NCBI GenBank assembly: GCA_964187785.1
Contig: OZ076409.1
Span: 22,446,001 to 22,510,000 of the forward strand
Direction of reading: 5' to 3'
DNA from: Amphiscolops sp. MND2022
Lineage: Eukaryota
Length of the DNA: 64,000 bases
Numbering within the stretch: position 1 is the stretch's first letter; every line of letters begins with the position of its first letter. A program made the position numbers and the translations under genes. This document shows positions 1 through 12,787 of this stretch, piece by piece. The notes beneath the pieces were generated by a model. The model saw only the letters and a program-made list of their open reading frames with translations, searched no databases and was not told where the DNA came from.

Positions 1-2108
1 GAACCTCGCAGCTCATCACAAGGGAATGCATACAGAACTGGTCAAAAACATTCATTGTAGACAACAGTCGGCAAGACGTCCGTTCAGAAACCCTCCTCAT
101 GGATACCAAACAGGTTTTGGAAGAAAAGGTTCACATGTTCATGAGTGAGCAATCAATAGTGCAAACAGAGGAGATCTTGAAGTACACCTTGACGGAAACA
201 AGGAAAGAGTATAGAAACTCAGCATTCGCATCAAGCAAACAATCTTCGGAAGAATTGAATGTGAAATTGGAGTTGGTGCAAGAGAGTGCAGAAGTTTTCA
301 CCGTACAACAGGACATACAGCAAGGGAAAATATTCGAAGTGATGATGTTTCATGACAGTACTCTACTTCTTGAAGAAGGAAACAAATGTTTTGAATTCCA
401 CAAAAGTTATGGATTTGTGCATGAGCAACAATTTGCACTGCTTGATGATTGTAGTGAAGAAGCAATGTATCGAAAGCTATGCCATGTTGCAGCGAAACAT
501 GACAAACCCGTTGAATGCAATGCCAAAGGTGAAACACGTACCATGATTGCAACCTTTGGAAAGAAATTTGATTTTGACTTCAAAGTAAGCCTTGTAGAAG
601 AAACTATCCCGAGTAATAACGATGTGTGGAACCCTCGGCTTGGGAATGGAAACTCTGGGATGGACGCGGTGGCACAGGCTAACGGCATGGATAAAACTCA
701 ATTGAGCAAGGGCCACTGCAAGCGACCGAAGAAACGAGCTTGGAAGTTTGAACATACCTCAATCCTATTACATGGAATGGTCGAATGTGTTCAATTGACA
801 ACTGGCATCCTATATGCAAAGATTGTGATAGATGAATTTGCAGATGAAATATCGCTAATGGAAACGCGATTGGGTTCTTCAAAAGCACAAACAACAACAA
901 GTTCGGAAAGTGGGCCTTTCATAGGGCCGGCTGTATCACGGGAAGAAATGATGATGCAACTTGAATTCTTTGGAAAATGGAAAAACGAAGAAGTTAGACA
1001 ACTAGAAGTCAATGATTTGGTTTGGATAGTGGATGACAATGTGGAAAGAGCACACGACAAGATGGGCAGAGTGTTAGAAGTCTATCATGGAAGCGATGGG
1101 CGAGTGAGATCAGCACTGGTGAAAACGGAAGATGGAAAACTAAAACGACCAGTAGTGAAACTGGCACCCATGTTCTACGAAAGTGTTTTTCAGGAGAAAA
1201 ACAGGGCCGGCAATGTTGGCGCCAGTCATCAGAAAGCAGAGAAAGTCAATTTGGAACATGCTGATTGAGAAACAAGAACTTAAAACTCTTCGAAACTTAG
1301 ATGAAAATTTGAACGAAAACCTCACCTTGCTAAATCGAAACCCCCCCAGTCGGGATTTTCTCTACAACTATTAACCATAGAGACTTGAAACTTGGCACAC
1401 ATATGCAAGTACATAATACGCCCCCATTATAACCCCCATTACCCCTCACATGTGTAGTATTCAAGGTCATTGAGACAAAAATGTAAACATTGCTATTTAC
1501 CCTTCTGACCACATTAGAATGCAGCTCTGTTGAAATTGATGATATTTACATAGTGTAAACATGCTTCTGAGCCCACCTGACCAACATGCCAAAACCACCA
1601 CATTCTTTGTTTACATTGCCAATAACTTTAATAATTCACTTAAATGTCATTTATTTATACAACATATTTCAACTGATATTTGCTTATATTTACTGTAGAA
1701 TTGTAAACCATATGTATACCATTATTAGATAGAGATTTTCTCCACTGAATAGCTATAGTCAAGTTGGGTCTCAGGACCGCGAGACTAATTAATCAACTTC
1801 TCAATCTTCACAACTTTTCGCTAGAGTCAGAGCTACTAAGTAGCTACTCTCATAATAGGAGAGCCGGAGCGCGTGAAGATACTGTGAGGGAAGTGTGTAC
1901 GGATCACATCGGATCCAAATCAGTGCAAAGAGGAATCGTAGGAGATTCCACGGGTCACATCGGACCCATCAAGCCAAAAGATACAGTCCTTTAAAACAAG
2001 AAACCAGGAATTATTTAGTAACGGTCCACAGTACTAAGCAACGGATCAGGGCGGCGTAAAGTTTGTCAAGCCTCAGCGCAGGATAAGGGCAAGCAGCCGT
2101 TACACAAC
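1..2108 (+). mobile_element. 3' part of a Bel/Pao LTR retrotransposon (end of pol plus probable 3' LTR from 1214)
   Basis: ORF ends in the Bel/Pao C-terminal domain (LEVNDLVWIVDDN...MGRVLEVYHGSDGRVRSALVKT...LKRPVVKLAP, DUF5641-like). A purine-rich tract (gagaaaaacagggccggcaa) is followed by TGTTGG at 1214. The right end of the LTR (~2108) is approximate. Confidence 0.8.
99..1268 (+). CDS. Bel/Pao pol C-terminal ORF with eroded integrase region and DUF5641-like tail
   Basis: 389-aa open frame, probably open from before the window start. WKFEH...LLHG resembles the Pao integrase WKFNPP.APHHGG motif. The stop codon lies inside the putative LTR. Confidence 0.7.
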   Translation: MDTKQVLEEKVHMFMSEQSIVQTEEILKYTLTETRKEYRNSAFASSKQSSEELNVKLELVQESAEVFTVQQDIQQGKIFEVMMFHDSTLLLEEGNKCFEFHKSYGFVHEQQFALLDDCSEEAMYRKLCHVAAKHDKPVECNAKGETRTMIATFGKKFDFDFKVSLVEETIPSNNDVWNPRLGNGNSGMDAVAQANGMDKTQLSKGHCKRPKKRAWKFEHTSILLHGMVECVQLTTGILYAKIVIDEFADEISLMETRLGSSKAQTTTSSESGPFIGPAVSREEMMMQLEFFGKWKNEEVRQLEVNDLVWIVDDNVERAHDKMGRVLEVYHGSDGRVRSALVKTEDGKLKRPVVKLAPMFYESVFQEKNRAGNVGASHQKAEKVNLEHAD

Positions 2109-2109
2109 C

Positions 2110-2900
2110 CAAATCCGGAGATTCTAAACGCTATTCCAGTGAAACACGGTGTTGTTAGATCTTATTCTACCAAACGTCTACCAAAATAGAGGGTTTTAGA
2201 CATTCTTCAACAAAAATAGTAACTTAAAAGTTATTCCCGAAAAAGTTATTTAAGACGTTATTCAACCAAAAAACGCAGATTTTGGACAATATTTCAGTGA
2301 AAAACCGTGTGTTTAGATCCTACTTTATCAAAATACAGTTATTTTAGACGTTATTCCATGAAGATAGTCATTTTAGACTTTGTTCCAAAAAAAAGTAGTT
2401 TTAGACGTTATTCCACAAAAATAGTGATTTCAGACACCAGACAATAATTCATCCAAAAACAAGAATTTCAGGCGTTATTCCAGTGAAATACGGTGTTTCT
2501 AGATCTAATTCTATCAAATACTAGTGATTTTAGACGTTATTTCACACAGATATTGATTTTAGACGTTATTCTAAACAGTGAATTTAGACGTTATTCTACC
2601 AGAATACAAGGATTTTAGACGTTATTCCAGTGATATACGGTGATTTTAAAACTTATTCCACCAAAAGACAGTTAGTTTAGACGTTATTCCACAAAAAACG
2701 TGATTTTAGATCTTATTCTACCAAAAACGGTGGTTTTGGACGTTATTCCAGTGAAATACAGTGTTGGTGGATCTAATTCTACCAAAATACAGTGATTTTA
2801 GACGTCATTCCACAAAAATAGTGATTTTAGACGTTATTCCGGAGAAAAGTTATTTTAGACGTTTTTCTACCAAAATACGGTGATTTTAGATGTTATTCCA
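2110..2900. repeat. Minisatellite array of ~30-33-bp units (gtgattttagacgttattcc...)
   Basis: The core ttttagacgttatt recurs many times at roughly 31-bp spacing. Confidence 0.9.
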
Positions 2901-3039
2901 ACAAGTATTCAAAACTAGACCATTTCCATCTAAAATATTTGACAACCTTCCAAATCTGGACCATTTTCGTCTAAAATATATGAAAATCTAACCCAAAATC
3001 CATAGCCCGAAATCTAAACCAAAATGCCACCTATCTAGC

Positions 3040-3098
3040 CGCTTCAGGAAACGCGATGCCAAAAAGCGTCTTTAATGCTACCCGGGTCATTAAGGTTA
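3040..3098 (-). repeat. Terminus of a DNA-transposon-like repeat family (same family as 63053-63125)
   Basis: Reverse complement taaccttaatgacccgggtagcattaaagacgctttttggcatcgcg matches ttacattaatggcccgggtagcattaaggacgcttcttggcaccgcg at 63053. Confidence 0.65.
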
Positions 3099-3626
3099 CA
3101 GACTATTTATTCTGATGTTATTCAAAAAAGAAACAAAACGGTTGCAGAAAACCTTGAACGAAGTTTTGGTCGAACTAACACTTCGCATTTTTTGTAAGAG
3201 TTTTGCAAAAATGTTATCAGACTATTGTAAAAAGTGTTCAACATTTTAACAAACATGCAAAATTTGCAATTCTTTTACAAATTTGTAAGATTCTTGTAAG
3301 AAAAGCATAATTGGTAAGAATTTCGGCCGAATTTTGCAAATTTTCTGATTTCGGAAAACTGGGGCAAATACGAAAATCTTTTTAAAATTTGAACTTTAGT
3401 GGGATTCAAACTTACTTGCTTTTGATTTTGAAGCCCGCACTGAAGCAACCACTAGCTTAACTGAATGGCAACAGTCGCAAAGATTTCACGATTTGTTCGG
3501 TAAATCGAAATTTTGGTTGTTTTCACATCAGTTTTTGTTTCCTTCTGTCGCTCTCTCAGTTTAATAATTTTTCAGTCATAGAACCAAACGTTCATTTTAC
3601 ACTGGAATTAACAGGAACTCTCAATC

Positions 3627-4230
3627 ATGGAGGAAATTCAAAAAGAGAACTATTTCGATCTTGATTCCAGTTTGGGCACAATAAGGGGTTATGTTGTGGA
3701 AGCTCCTAACGGCTCCAAAGTTACCAAGTTTCTTGGGATCCCTTTCGCTCAACAACCGGTGGGCAATCTCCGTTTCAAACCTCTGCAGCCCTTGATTCTT
3801 CCCCTTGGAACTCCCGAAACACCTTTCCAGGCTCTCAATGTTGGGAAATCCAGCATCCAATCTGTCGGCGATCCCACTGCAACCACGTTACCCGTGGGTG
3901 AAGATTGTATATATCTCAATATCTTCGCCCCACTTGAAAACATCGCGACTCCTGACAAGGGCGTCTTTTTCCACATACACGGAGGTGGATTTTTCCAAGG
4001 TAGCGGAAGTGAGCCGCTTTATGACATGGTCAGTTTTGTGGAACGTCATAATTGTGTAGCCGTGAGCATTAATTACAGGCTAGGGATACTTGGTTTTCTG
4101 AGCATGCCACCACTGATTGAGGAGAATTTGGGGCTCAAAGACCAGCAAGTGGCTCTGCAATGGGTTCACGAACATATAAAGAGCTTTGGCGGTGATCCCA
4201 ACAAAATTACTCTGTATGGTTGCTCAGCAG
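3627..4230 (+). CDS. Carboxylesterase type-B (cholinesterase-like fold) copy 1, coding exon 1
   Basis: FLGIPFAQQPVGNLRFK, EDCIYLNIF, HIHGGGF oxyanion hole, INYRLGILGFL, NLGLKDQ, FGGDPNKITLYGCSAG. GTAAGT donor at 4231 (phase 1). Confidence 0.95.
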
Positions 4231-4663
4231 GTAAGTCTTGATCTTAATCTCTTAACCTTGAGCATGCTATTAAATTTACGAAGTTTCAAGAATTATCCAA
4301 ACTTCATTCTGAATAATCAGCAACACCTTTTACTACGTTTTTCATTGTCCACCTCGTTAAGTTTTACAAATGTATATATTTTTCTCGTTGGAGATTTTCT
4401 TGCAAAATCGTCTTTACAACAGCACAAAATGTGTTTACCCATTTTCAGTTTCGGTTTTTATTTGACCTAAAGACTCAGTAATTGCAACCATGTATTGTAA
4501 AAACTTATATTGATCTTATATTACAATACTTATAAAAAACTTGCATCCAAAGGCTTCAAAAAATAACAGGACTTTTTCTACTGTGCTTTGATTTTGTTGA
4601 CCTTAGCTGCATTTTCTGGTACCTCTTTTAACTGCAATTCATGCTTTATTTTTGAAACTTTAG

Positions 4664-5078
4664 GCAGCGCTAGTTGTCATTACCACTGCTTGAACAAAAC
4701 CAGTATTGATTTATTCGATCGAGTCATCTTGTCAAGCGGAGCAGTCAACCCGTTATGGGGATACACGTCTGGAAAAGAACGTAAACGGAGAACCGCCTTT
4801 ATCCTCAAACAACTTGGCTGCCCAGAAACTAACAACCAAGAAGACATTGTCGAGTTCCTTTTGTCTTTGGATTCGTCAAAGTTCGGAAACTTGGACTTCA
4901 CTACACAAGAGACCACGAAGGCAATACCATTGCCAGCGACGTCATTCATGGAAACCCCTCCCTCGTTGGTACCCTTGAAAAAGAAACCCATTCTGATTGG
5001 TTTAACGAGAGAGGAAGGACTAATATTCCTTCAACTTTTCTATCCGTCTAAATCGAATGAAAGCACGGCGCTAACCAA
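4664..5078 (+). CDS. Carboxylesterase copy 1, coding exon 2
   Basis: TTTAG acceptor ending 4663 restores GCSAG-SAS in phase. LFDRVILSSG and IGLTREEG (catalytic Glu). GTTAGT donor at 5079, conserved in copy 2. Confidence 0.9.
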
Positions 5079-6289
5079 GTTAGTAAATTTTTACCCAAAA
5101 CCTTGCACACCTCGTGTCTCTGATTGCAACTCAGCAAGTTTCAAAACATGCTAGGGCCGCTGCGACACAACCTCGTCACCAGTGGGATAAAGCGGTCACA
5201 AACGGAAACTGGAAAAACCAAAAATCTGCAATCTGTCTTATTTGATTTTTTGGTCCCGATTTCTTGATTTCAGAGGCATTAAATCCATAATTCGTGAAAA
5301 GCATGCAACCTTATTCAAGTGTTTCCTTTACCATACGGTCAGCTAGTGCCTTCAAAAGCTTGCAGAAACTAAATTTTGCGAAATAGGTACGAAATCGTAC
5401 TTACGTACATTTGGGGTTAAATTATGTTTGGCTCTTTTTTTCTTACACACGATACAAAAACTGAAAGTTTACTTGATGAATCAAAATGAAAAGATTTTTT
5501 AGGAACTTCTGGAACACTTTTAAATTCTTTTTTATGGAGCTGTAGAACTCCAAACAATCAGTTACCTTTTTGCCAATTTTGGTGTTTTTAAACTATTGTA
5601 CGCGTGTACTGGAAGTAAAGTAAAATTCATTATATCAAATCACGACAGGGAAAGAGGAAGCTGCTCGTCAAGTTCCTGACTTTGAGAACCCGAGAAAAAG
5701 TTATAACTATTGTCCTAAAATATGAACCTAATTGTTCGCATTATGATACGGTGTTTGAAAAATTTTGGCAATTTCGTAGCAAACTTGATACCTAAAATTA
5801 CGAAAATGATACTCCTCTGTTGCCCCTACTTAGATCGAAGCGAGTACGGTTTGTAACATATGATTTAATACCTTTTTGTGGCATACGCTACAATTTTATT
5901 GGGAACGGATCAGATATCGATAACCTATTTTAGGTTTAACGCAAAAAATTTCCAAGACATTGCTTTTCAAGTTCTTTGCTTTTGATGTTCGCAAACTTTA
6001 TGGATGCAAAATAAATAGAAATGAAGACACATTCTAGAAAAACGGATTTTTGCGACCAACTCTTGAAAAAAAACGGATTTTTGTGCGTCATGCACATTCA
6101 CACAAATTTTTCGCATGACGCAATTTCGCATGAAAAGCGGTGTCGGCCAATGCAACTTCTTGGTTCTGATAGAGATTCGGCACCATTTTCTCACGTCAGA
6201 TCGTTGTGAAATCTATTTGAACTTGTTTTCTAAAATCGCGTAGATGATTTCTTAGCTGAGATATCCCTTTTGCTCGCATTTTTTAGGTA

Positions 6290-6530
6290 TTGAATACCAA
6301 AAATCGAAAAATACCGGGTCCGTCATACGCTAATGCCTTGTGGAGCGTGTTACATATATGGAGATTTGACGAATTTATCAACAAAACTGTGTGCACTTTA
6401 TGCGGTCATGGAATCATCGCTTTTCTGCGTCAAATCTCAAGTACAGCATTGATAACCACCTCAATTCGAAGAAACATCAACGTCTGTTTGAAACGAATGC
6501 CAAAAGGCAAAAACTATTGACCGACACGTC
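6290..6530 (+). pseudogene. Frameshifted zinc-finger fragment (BED/CGGBP1-like, hAT-transposase-related) in esterase intron
   Basis: VCTLCG in one frame continues as SASNLKYSIDNHLNSKKHQRL in another, giving a CxxC...HxxxxxH pattern. Confidence 0.5.
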
Positions 6531-6544
6531 GCCTACCCAGGTAG

Positions 6545-6760
6545 ACCATCATGGCTTATTCATGGCTTCTTTCCATGATGATGGTTTTTTCATAGCATTA
6601 CATTAGGATCACGACTAGTCATCCACAGTGACTCTTATTACATTCGAATCATGGCTAATCGTCCATGGCAATTTTCGCATTACATTTGAATCATGGCTAA
6701 TCATACAAAGTGATTTTCATCACATTCGAATCATGGCTAATCATCTATGAGCATGGCTCT
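6545..6760. repeat. Short tandem array, ~41-bp unit (acattcgaatcatggctaatc...)
   Basis: The gaatcatggctaatc core occurs at ~6646, 6688 and 6728, with degenerate flanking copies. Confidence 0.75.
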
Positions 6761-7779
6761 GATGAGAACCCATAATTCATCCATGAAGATTTATGACAGA
6801 AAGCTAAGTTTTGATCTCCAGTGAAGGTTATAGCAAGTCTGCAATAAGTTATGCATTTCATCATACACCAGTTAAGAGCGTTCCAATGGAAGGAATTTTG
6901 TTTACAACAAAGATTGCAGCGATTCTATGGGATAGTTTCAAAATATGAAATTTTCTAAAATAGATACTTCTAAAATATGTTTTCAAGTCTAGTTGTTGAA
7001 TCCGGTTCATAACATTTTAATATATAATTAAACCAATTGGGTACAGATTGACATATCGTTTGTTAGACGTGGAACTACTAATTTCAGACCAACATTCCTC
7101 TATTTCAGTTGTTTAATGGCATCAGTAAAACAAATTATTTGACGGTTTAGGCCTTTCCATGGTTGCCTATATTTCCATTCCAGGAAGGCCATGGCATGTA
7201 AACCTGGATCATTGTATTTTAAAAAGATACAAAGTTAGTATCAATTCCTAGATTGGCTGGAACAAGTTTTTTACCGTAAAAGTGACTTTGGTTTGATTCG
7301 ACTCGTCACGACAGGACAAGAACTTTTTCGGAAACAACATCGAATACTCAGATTATGCGCGCTGTTTTCTTTTTTTAATTGGTAAAAGTTTGTTTCAATT
7401 TGGATATTTCAATTCGGAAACATATCGAGCTCACATACTCATGCTTCCAAACGTTACACCCTAATCACTAAGCCAAAGAGCACTGGAATCTTGAAAATTT
7501 TGAATCGTGCGGAATTTGAGCCAACGACCTCGCGCTCTCAAACTTCTCACTATATCCTCTAGGCCAACTTGCATTTGCGTTCTAGCTTTCCAGTAATTCC
7601 TGGCAGAAACTGTTGGGAATTTTTTAAAAACCAACTGATTGAAAACTAATGTGTTTAAATTTTCTCATTGAATGAAGAACAGAATGAAAATTTGATCATA
7701 TTGAAGTCTTCGCGTGACTACGAGAAGATAAAGGCTTGTGGTCAAATGCTTGTGATGATGGAATCATTTGTTATTTCAG

Positions 7780-8275
7780 AACTCGCCGAACTATGTCTGA
7801 CGCTTTCGGGGAAGTGTTCTTTTTCGGGCCTGTGCGGCGTTTTTTGGAGGAATTAACAACCCAACAAAAAGACTATCCGCTATTTGCGTACGTCTTTGAC
7901 TACACAACAGATACCAGAGGAAAAGATGTTCTATGTTCCTCGTTCTTGCCTGTTGGGATTGGAAACTTCCACGGTTTTGATTTAGCGTTTTTCTTGAACC
8001 AACTCGGACGAAATTCTCCTTATGTCGACAACGTAACCGAGGCCGACATTCGAGTGAACTCAGCAATGGCTGAAATGGTAGAAACCTTCATGACTCAAGA
8101 TGTTGATAGCATCAACCTCGAGAGATACTCTGCGGAGTCACAAAAGGTCAATAAAGTCACCAAAAATGGAATTGCTACTGAATGTTTCGATTTCAAAAAC
8201 TCCGTATACCACCTACCTATGCCTAAGCTTGCCTTTAGTTCTCTATTACTGAAATTGTTTCCCAATAAACTCTGA
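7780..8275 (+). CDS. Carboxylesterase copy 1, last coding exon
   Basis: TTTCAG acceptor, phase-compatible with exon 2. GEVFFFGP, LFAYVFDY, GNFHGFDLAFF (catalytic His). Stop at 8275. An intervening exon cannot be excluded. Confidence 0.85.
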
Positions 8276-10623
8276 ATATCTAAACCGAATATTATCATAA
8301 CCTCCCTGGTTGGAAGTTTTTGTAGGTTACCAAGATAATTTTTCATAATTTTATAAAATTCTCAAGGAACCGTCCATGCCTTAAAACTTCACTGATTCAA
8401 TTTAAATTTGTCAAGCTCCCTATAAGATGCATCCTAAACTTGGCGGCAATTCCGAGCCGCGAAGTTTTGCAGGTTTCCAGAAGACGCCGATCTAATTTTG
8501 AAAGCAGCTGAGAAATTCATCAATTTTACCGCCATTTCAATGCAAATAAACTTCGGTCACAGTATAACTTTCAAAGTAGCGCCATATTCAGCGTGCTATT
8601 TGACTAACGGTGTTTACATAGGGTACTTACTTGACAAACTTACGCGGGAAAACAAAGTGATCGCGGTGGTGAAAAGTGGAAACGTTTTCAGTTTTAACTT
8701 AAATAGTGAAAGCTGCATAGTATTCCCATGAAATGTTTCCATGCATGTTCCCTGAATTTCCATGTTTTATTTAAAAAATTAGCCGGCTTATTTTGAAGGT
8801 GCCTGTAAAACTTCTCGGCAACTTCGACTAGAGCTGAATTTGAAGGAAGAAAGACATTTTCTTTTTCTCATGCAACAGTAGATTGCGTTAAAATGACAAA
8901 AAATGAAATTATCAACTTGGTAATAACTACAGAGTCTTCTATTATAATGAGTTGATTCTGACAAGGAATTTCCAGACACTAATACTGCACTTTACATGTC
9001 CTTTAACTCAGCATAGGTTCTATGTTCGAAAGGGGATCACACAAACATTGCTATCTAGGCCCATGGCTGTGATATAATAAAAACAACAGAACACTGACAT
9101 ATTACAAACAAATCTGGGCATTCACCTATTACGGATTCCAATTTCTATAACGATTGTTTACTTCATTTCGATGTTATATTGCAGATGTTATATTTAAAAC
9201 AAAATGGAAATTCAATTCTTTCAATCTTTGGTCGAAAACAAGAAACATTGAGATTAACCACGAGATTTTGCTCATTCGTTCAAAATCTGCGAATGTTTTC
9301 TCAAAAACGCCAAAAAAAGGTCGATTCGAGAAAAATTGCTAAGGTTCCAAGACATTTTTAGGATGTTTCATCATCATGGACACGTCATGTTTCAAGATAC
9401 CTTACGATTTCAAATTTCAAACTAGTGTATCTTACGTGTCAAAAGAAATGCTAAGGATAATTTTTGATCATTTGAAAAAGTGAAAGTTGAATACTTCAAA
9501 AGGCAAGGTTCAAAAATTTTCGACCTCCCACCTCGCAGTAGGTGTCTCAGACAATCTGAGTCACCGCAGTGCAAAATGATGAAATTGTGGCACAATGACT
9601 ACACAATTATGGAACACTCTGTCTTTCGAAATGCGTTCTGAAAAATCCTACATTGCCGAAATTATCACCACAGAGAAACGCGCGATTTCTCACTAACGTG
9701 AAAATCACACAGGTGAAACGAACAAATCGAGGAAAAAAGTCACAGAGCCGAAAAACGGCATCTAAAAATTTGAGGAATTTTGAAAGAAAAATTAAATGTG
9801 TTACATATTTACTCCAGTAAAAAACCCATAAACTAAGAAAATGTGCAAAAAGCGGGCTATGCAAGAAAATAGCTATTTCAATTGTTCAAAGTAGCTATTG
9901 TTTCTCCTAAATAGTCCAATTTTTCCTCCCATTGGCACCCTTCTTAAGAAACGTATCAACAGAAACACTGGTATTGAGCAAAAATGTTCATTCCTTTTTA
10001 CAAAAAAAGGTGGAAAATGACAAAAATTGTGAAAACAGTATTGTCGTACAGAAAAACGAAGTTTTATACAGAAAAACGCTAGATAAATCAAAACCAACCA
10101 AATCAATATTGACCATCGTCGTTTAAACTTTCGAAAAGGATAGACGAACAAAATATGAACTTTGAGAAAGTTTGAGCCAGGGTTTTAACATCGCTATTAT
10201 TTTCGCTAATCGCTAGACCGCTAATTTCAAAATCTCTATTTCGCTGAAATACTTTTACTTCAAACTATTGAAAGTTTGTCTTCAAGTATATTTTAAAATT
10301 GAATGATAATGTAATTCAGTTTTTTTGCGAGAAAAATCTAAAATTTTTTTATACTTCGTGAGTTTTACAAGGGCAAGAGTTGGATTTTTTCAAATATCAC
10401 TTTGAAACTCCCTGAACATTCACAAGAATTTTTGAATTAGGACAACCTTTATTTGCCGCTAATTTGAATTGGTAAGAAAATCGCAAAAAAAAGAATCGGC
10501 GCGGACGCCAAGTTTAGCTGCGTGAAAACTCTGAGCTGTTCCAGCTGTGATCACAATTGTCTTCTTGAACCGCAAATAATGGCTGAATTAACTATGCGAT
10601 TAAATTCTTGTTCGCTAAAAAAG

Positions 10624-11137
10624 TGATAGAAAGTCGTGACGTCTCAACAGTTTGGACTTTTTGGCCGTTCTCTTTCCTATTGTTAGTCATTTTCTCAGTA
10701 GAGGATCTAACCATTGATGTCAATTAACCAATTTGGCGATTCACATCCATAAACCTCTGTTAATTCTTGCTTTCTCATGTTCTCTTTCTTGATTTGCGTT
10801 ATATGTTCCATTATCATCAGTGAAACAGTTGTTAGTGTAAAGGTTAGGAAGACTAGAGTTACTCTCATCATCACTAAACGTATCCACTCTCGCTTGTTCA
10901 CTTTCGTTAGTTCTATTAGCCTGGGATCTTGTGATAACCATAGAAAGGAAAACTGATTGAGTTAATGTTGTGTTTTGATGACGTAATAAAGGTGAGTTAC
11001 TAGAAAGATTGAAATCAAGTTAGGACTATTAAAATATTGTGGACAACTAATACGACTGAAGGTCAAGGTTACAAATTCTCTACTGTTTTCTATCTACTGC
11101 GGACCTGTCACATCAACTTTTTTAATTGCGTGGTAAT
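10624..11137 (-). repeat. 3' LTR of element B, distal part
   Basis: Matches 30508-30980 (e.g. tattgtggacaactaatacgactgaaggtca) and encodes the same MVxTxSQAN peptide start. Confidence 0.85.
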
Positions 11138-12787
11138 TGTCGCGATCAACCCTACAGTCTAACGAACTAAATGAGCCGTCTTGTGATCTGGGATGATTGT
11201 TAAAATCTATCGAAGTAAGCTTTTGAACGTTTCGCCAAGCACTTTGATACTTTTTACTTTCGGTGGTCCTGCTCAGTCTACTGGACCTGTGGTACACTTC
11301 TTCCCGAGTCACAGGATTTTGACTACATAAAGTCTTTTGGATATTTGGAAGGATTTTGTCGTTAATTGCTGAATTTATAGTTTCAACTATTTGGGAATTT
11401 AATCCCTTCTTAATTGTCCTATTTTGTTGGAAACTTCAGAATTCACCAGTCTCATGGTCTCAATAGTAGAATTACTGTTTTCCCAACTATTTGAATTCAA
11501 AAGTGATCTGAAATCTTCGCTATTTTTAACTACGTCCACCCTGGTCCTGTTGGACTCGAGGTCCACTTCATCATTTCTATCACCAGAATTAATTTCTAGT
11601 TCATTTCTTGGGTTTGTACCAAGGACTATGTCTAGATTTTCTGTATCAGACATCAAGTCTACTTGTCAAGAGCGTCTTTCTTTGGCTCTTTGTATTCTAG
11701 TTGAAAGCATTGAAAAAACTTCTGCTCAAGCAATAATGTATTGCTCATTGGATTAGTATTGAACTGAATCAAATGTAGTAGTGAACAGATATGGTAATAC
11801 AAATGGTATCTGTAATGAGGATAATGGGAGTATTGGTCAGTTCTGATAACTGCAGTATTTAGCACGTGATTGTGAGATTTGAATGTTGTAGGATGTATAT
11901 CAGCAAAATAATGATCCTGTGGTCTACATGACCCTTGTATATATAGAAGCCACAGCATGACATTCAAAAATATGGAAATCATGGTGTTAAAATCAGTCAT
12001 TTGTCCCTGACGTCACAATGACGTTATGTTCATAAGACTAAAAATAACGTCAGGTTTGGTAAATGAACCCTGGAGGCTGACATTTCTATTGCGTCACTAT
12101 GATGACATACTAAATATAGTAACATTACTAGAACTGAAGGTTTGAAATAGAGTGGGGCGAAGAAACAGCGTCATGCCTTTTAAGTCTAAAGCTTCCTTGA
12201 CAGCACTTGAGATTTCGTTTGTTTACATTAATACAAGCTGATACAAATACTGCATGTAAATTCATGTTTTGGACCAGCGGTCCAAACGACTAAATGCAGC
12301 TAAGTGAATTAGCGCATAAATGCATGAATGATTGAATGAGCACTGAAAGTTGATTGGTCAATAAAGTAAAAGGACCACCCGTCGAATTGACTAGTTAAGG
12401 CGCCAATTCGAACGCGTTCCTTTTCAACTTTCCAGTTACTTTTTTACTAAAAAGTGATATTTTTACAGCAAATTCAAAGCTTCTAGCTTCCTGGTTTACA
12501 TGTCAAATAGATACGAATCATAATAAATCAATGAATGAACTAGAATTGTACTATATGCTGCATCTTAAGCACAGGAAAACAATTTTACCTAAAGGTCGCA
12601 CTTGGGCGAATGGACCGACGGTTCGTAAACTTTTAAAATTGTAAAAATGGACAGTTTATAAAGACTAGATGTTCACAAAAGTTGTTCAAACGTGGACTGA
12701 CAGTCCACGTGGCTTCTAGAGGCAAAACTCTTCTATCGTTTGCCATCACTTGGTACAAATTTTTATCGCAGGCGGCAGCCTGCGACA
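11138..12787 (-). repeat. 3' LTR of element A (~1.65 kb)
   Basis: Co-linear with 19887-21523. Confidence 0.9.

Noticed and set aside
2110..2900. CRISPR-like periodic repeats
   Set aside because: Units are degenerate tandem copies with no unique spacers; this is a minisatellite.
5650..5730. Additional esterase exon after cacgacag
   Set aside because: The frame required by exon 2 hits a stop within ten codons, and no counterpart is seen in copy 2.
7416..7570. Functional tRNA genes
   Set aside because: Stems and boxes are too degenerate to fold a convincing cloverleaf by eye.
3627..8275. Acetylcholinesterase (ace/ache) orthologue
   Set aside because: Lacks GESAG, the choline-binding Trp region, the omega-loop disulphide and a signal peptide, so no gene symbol was assigned.
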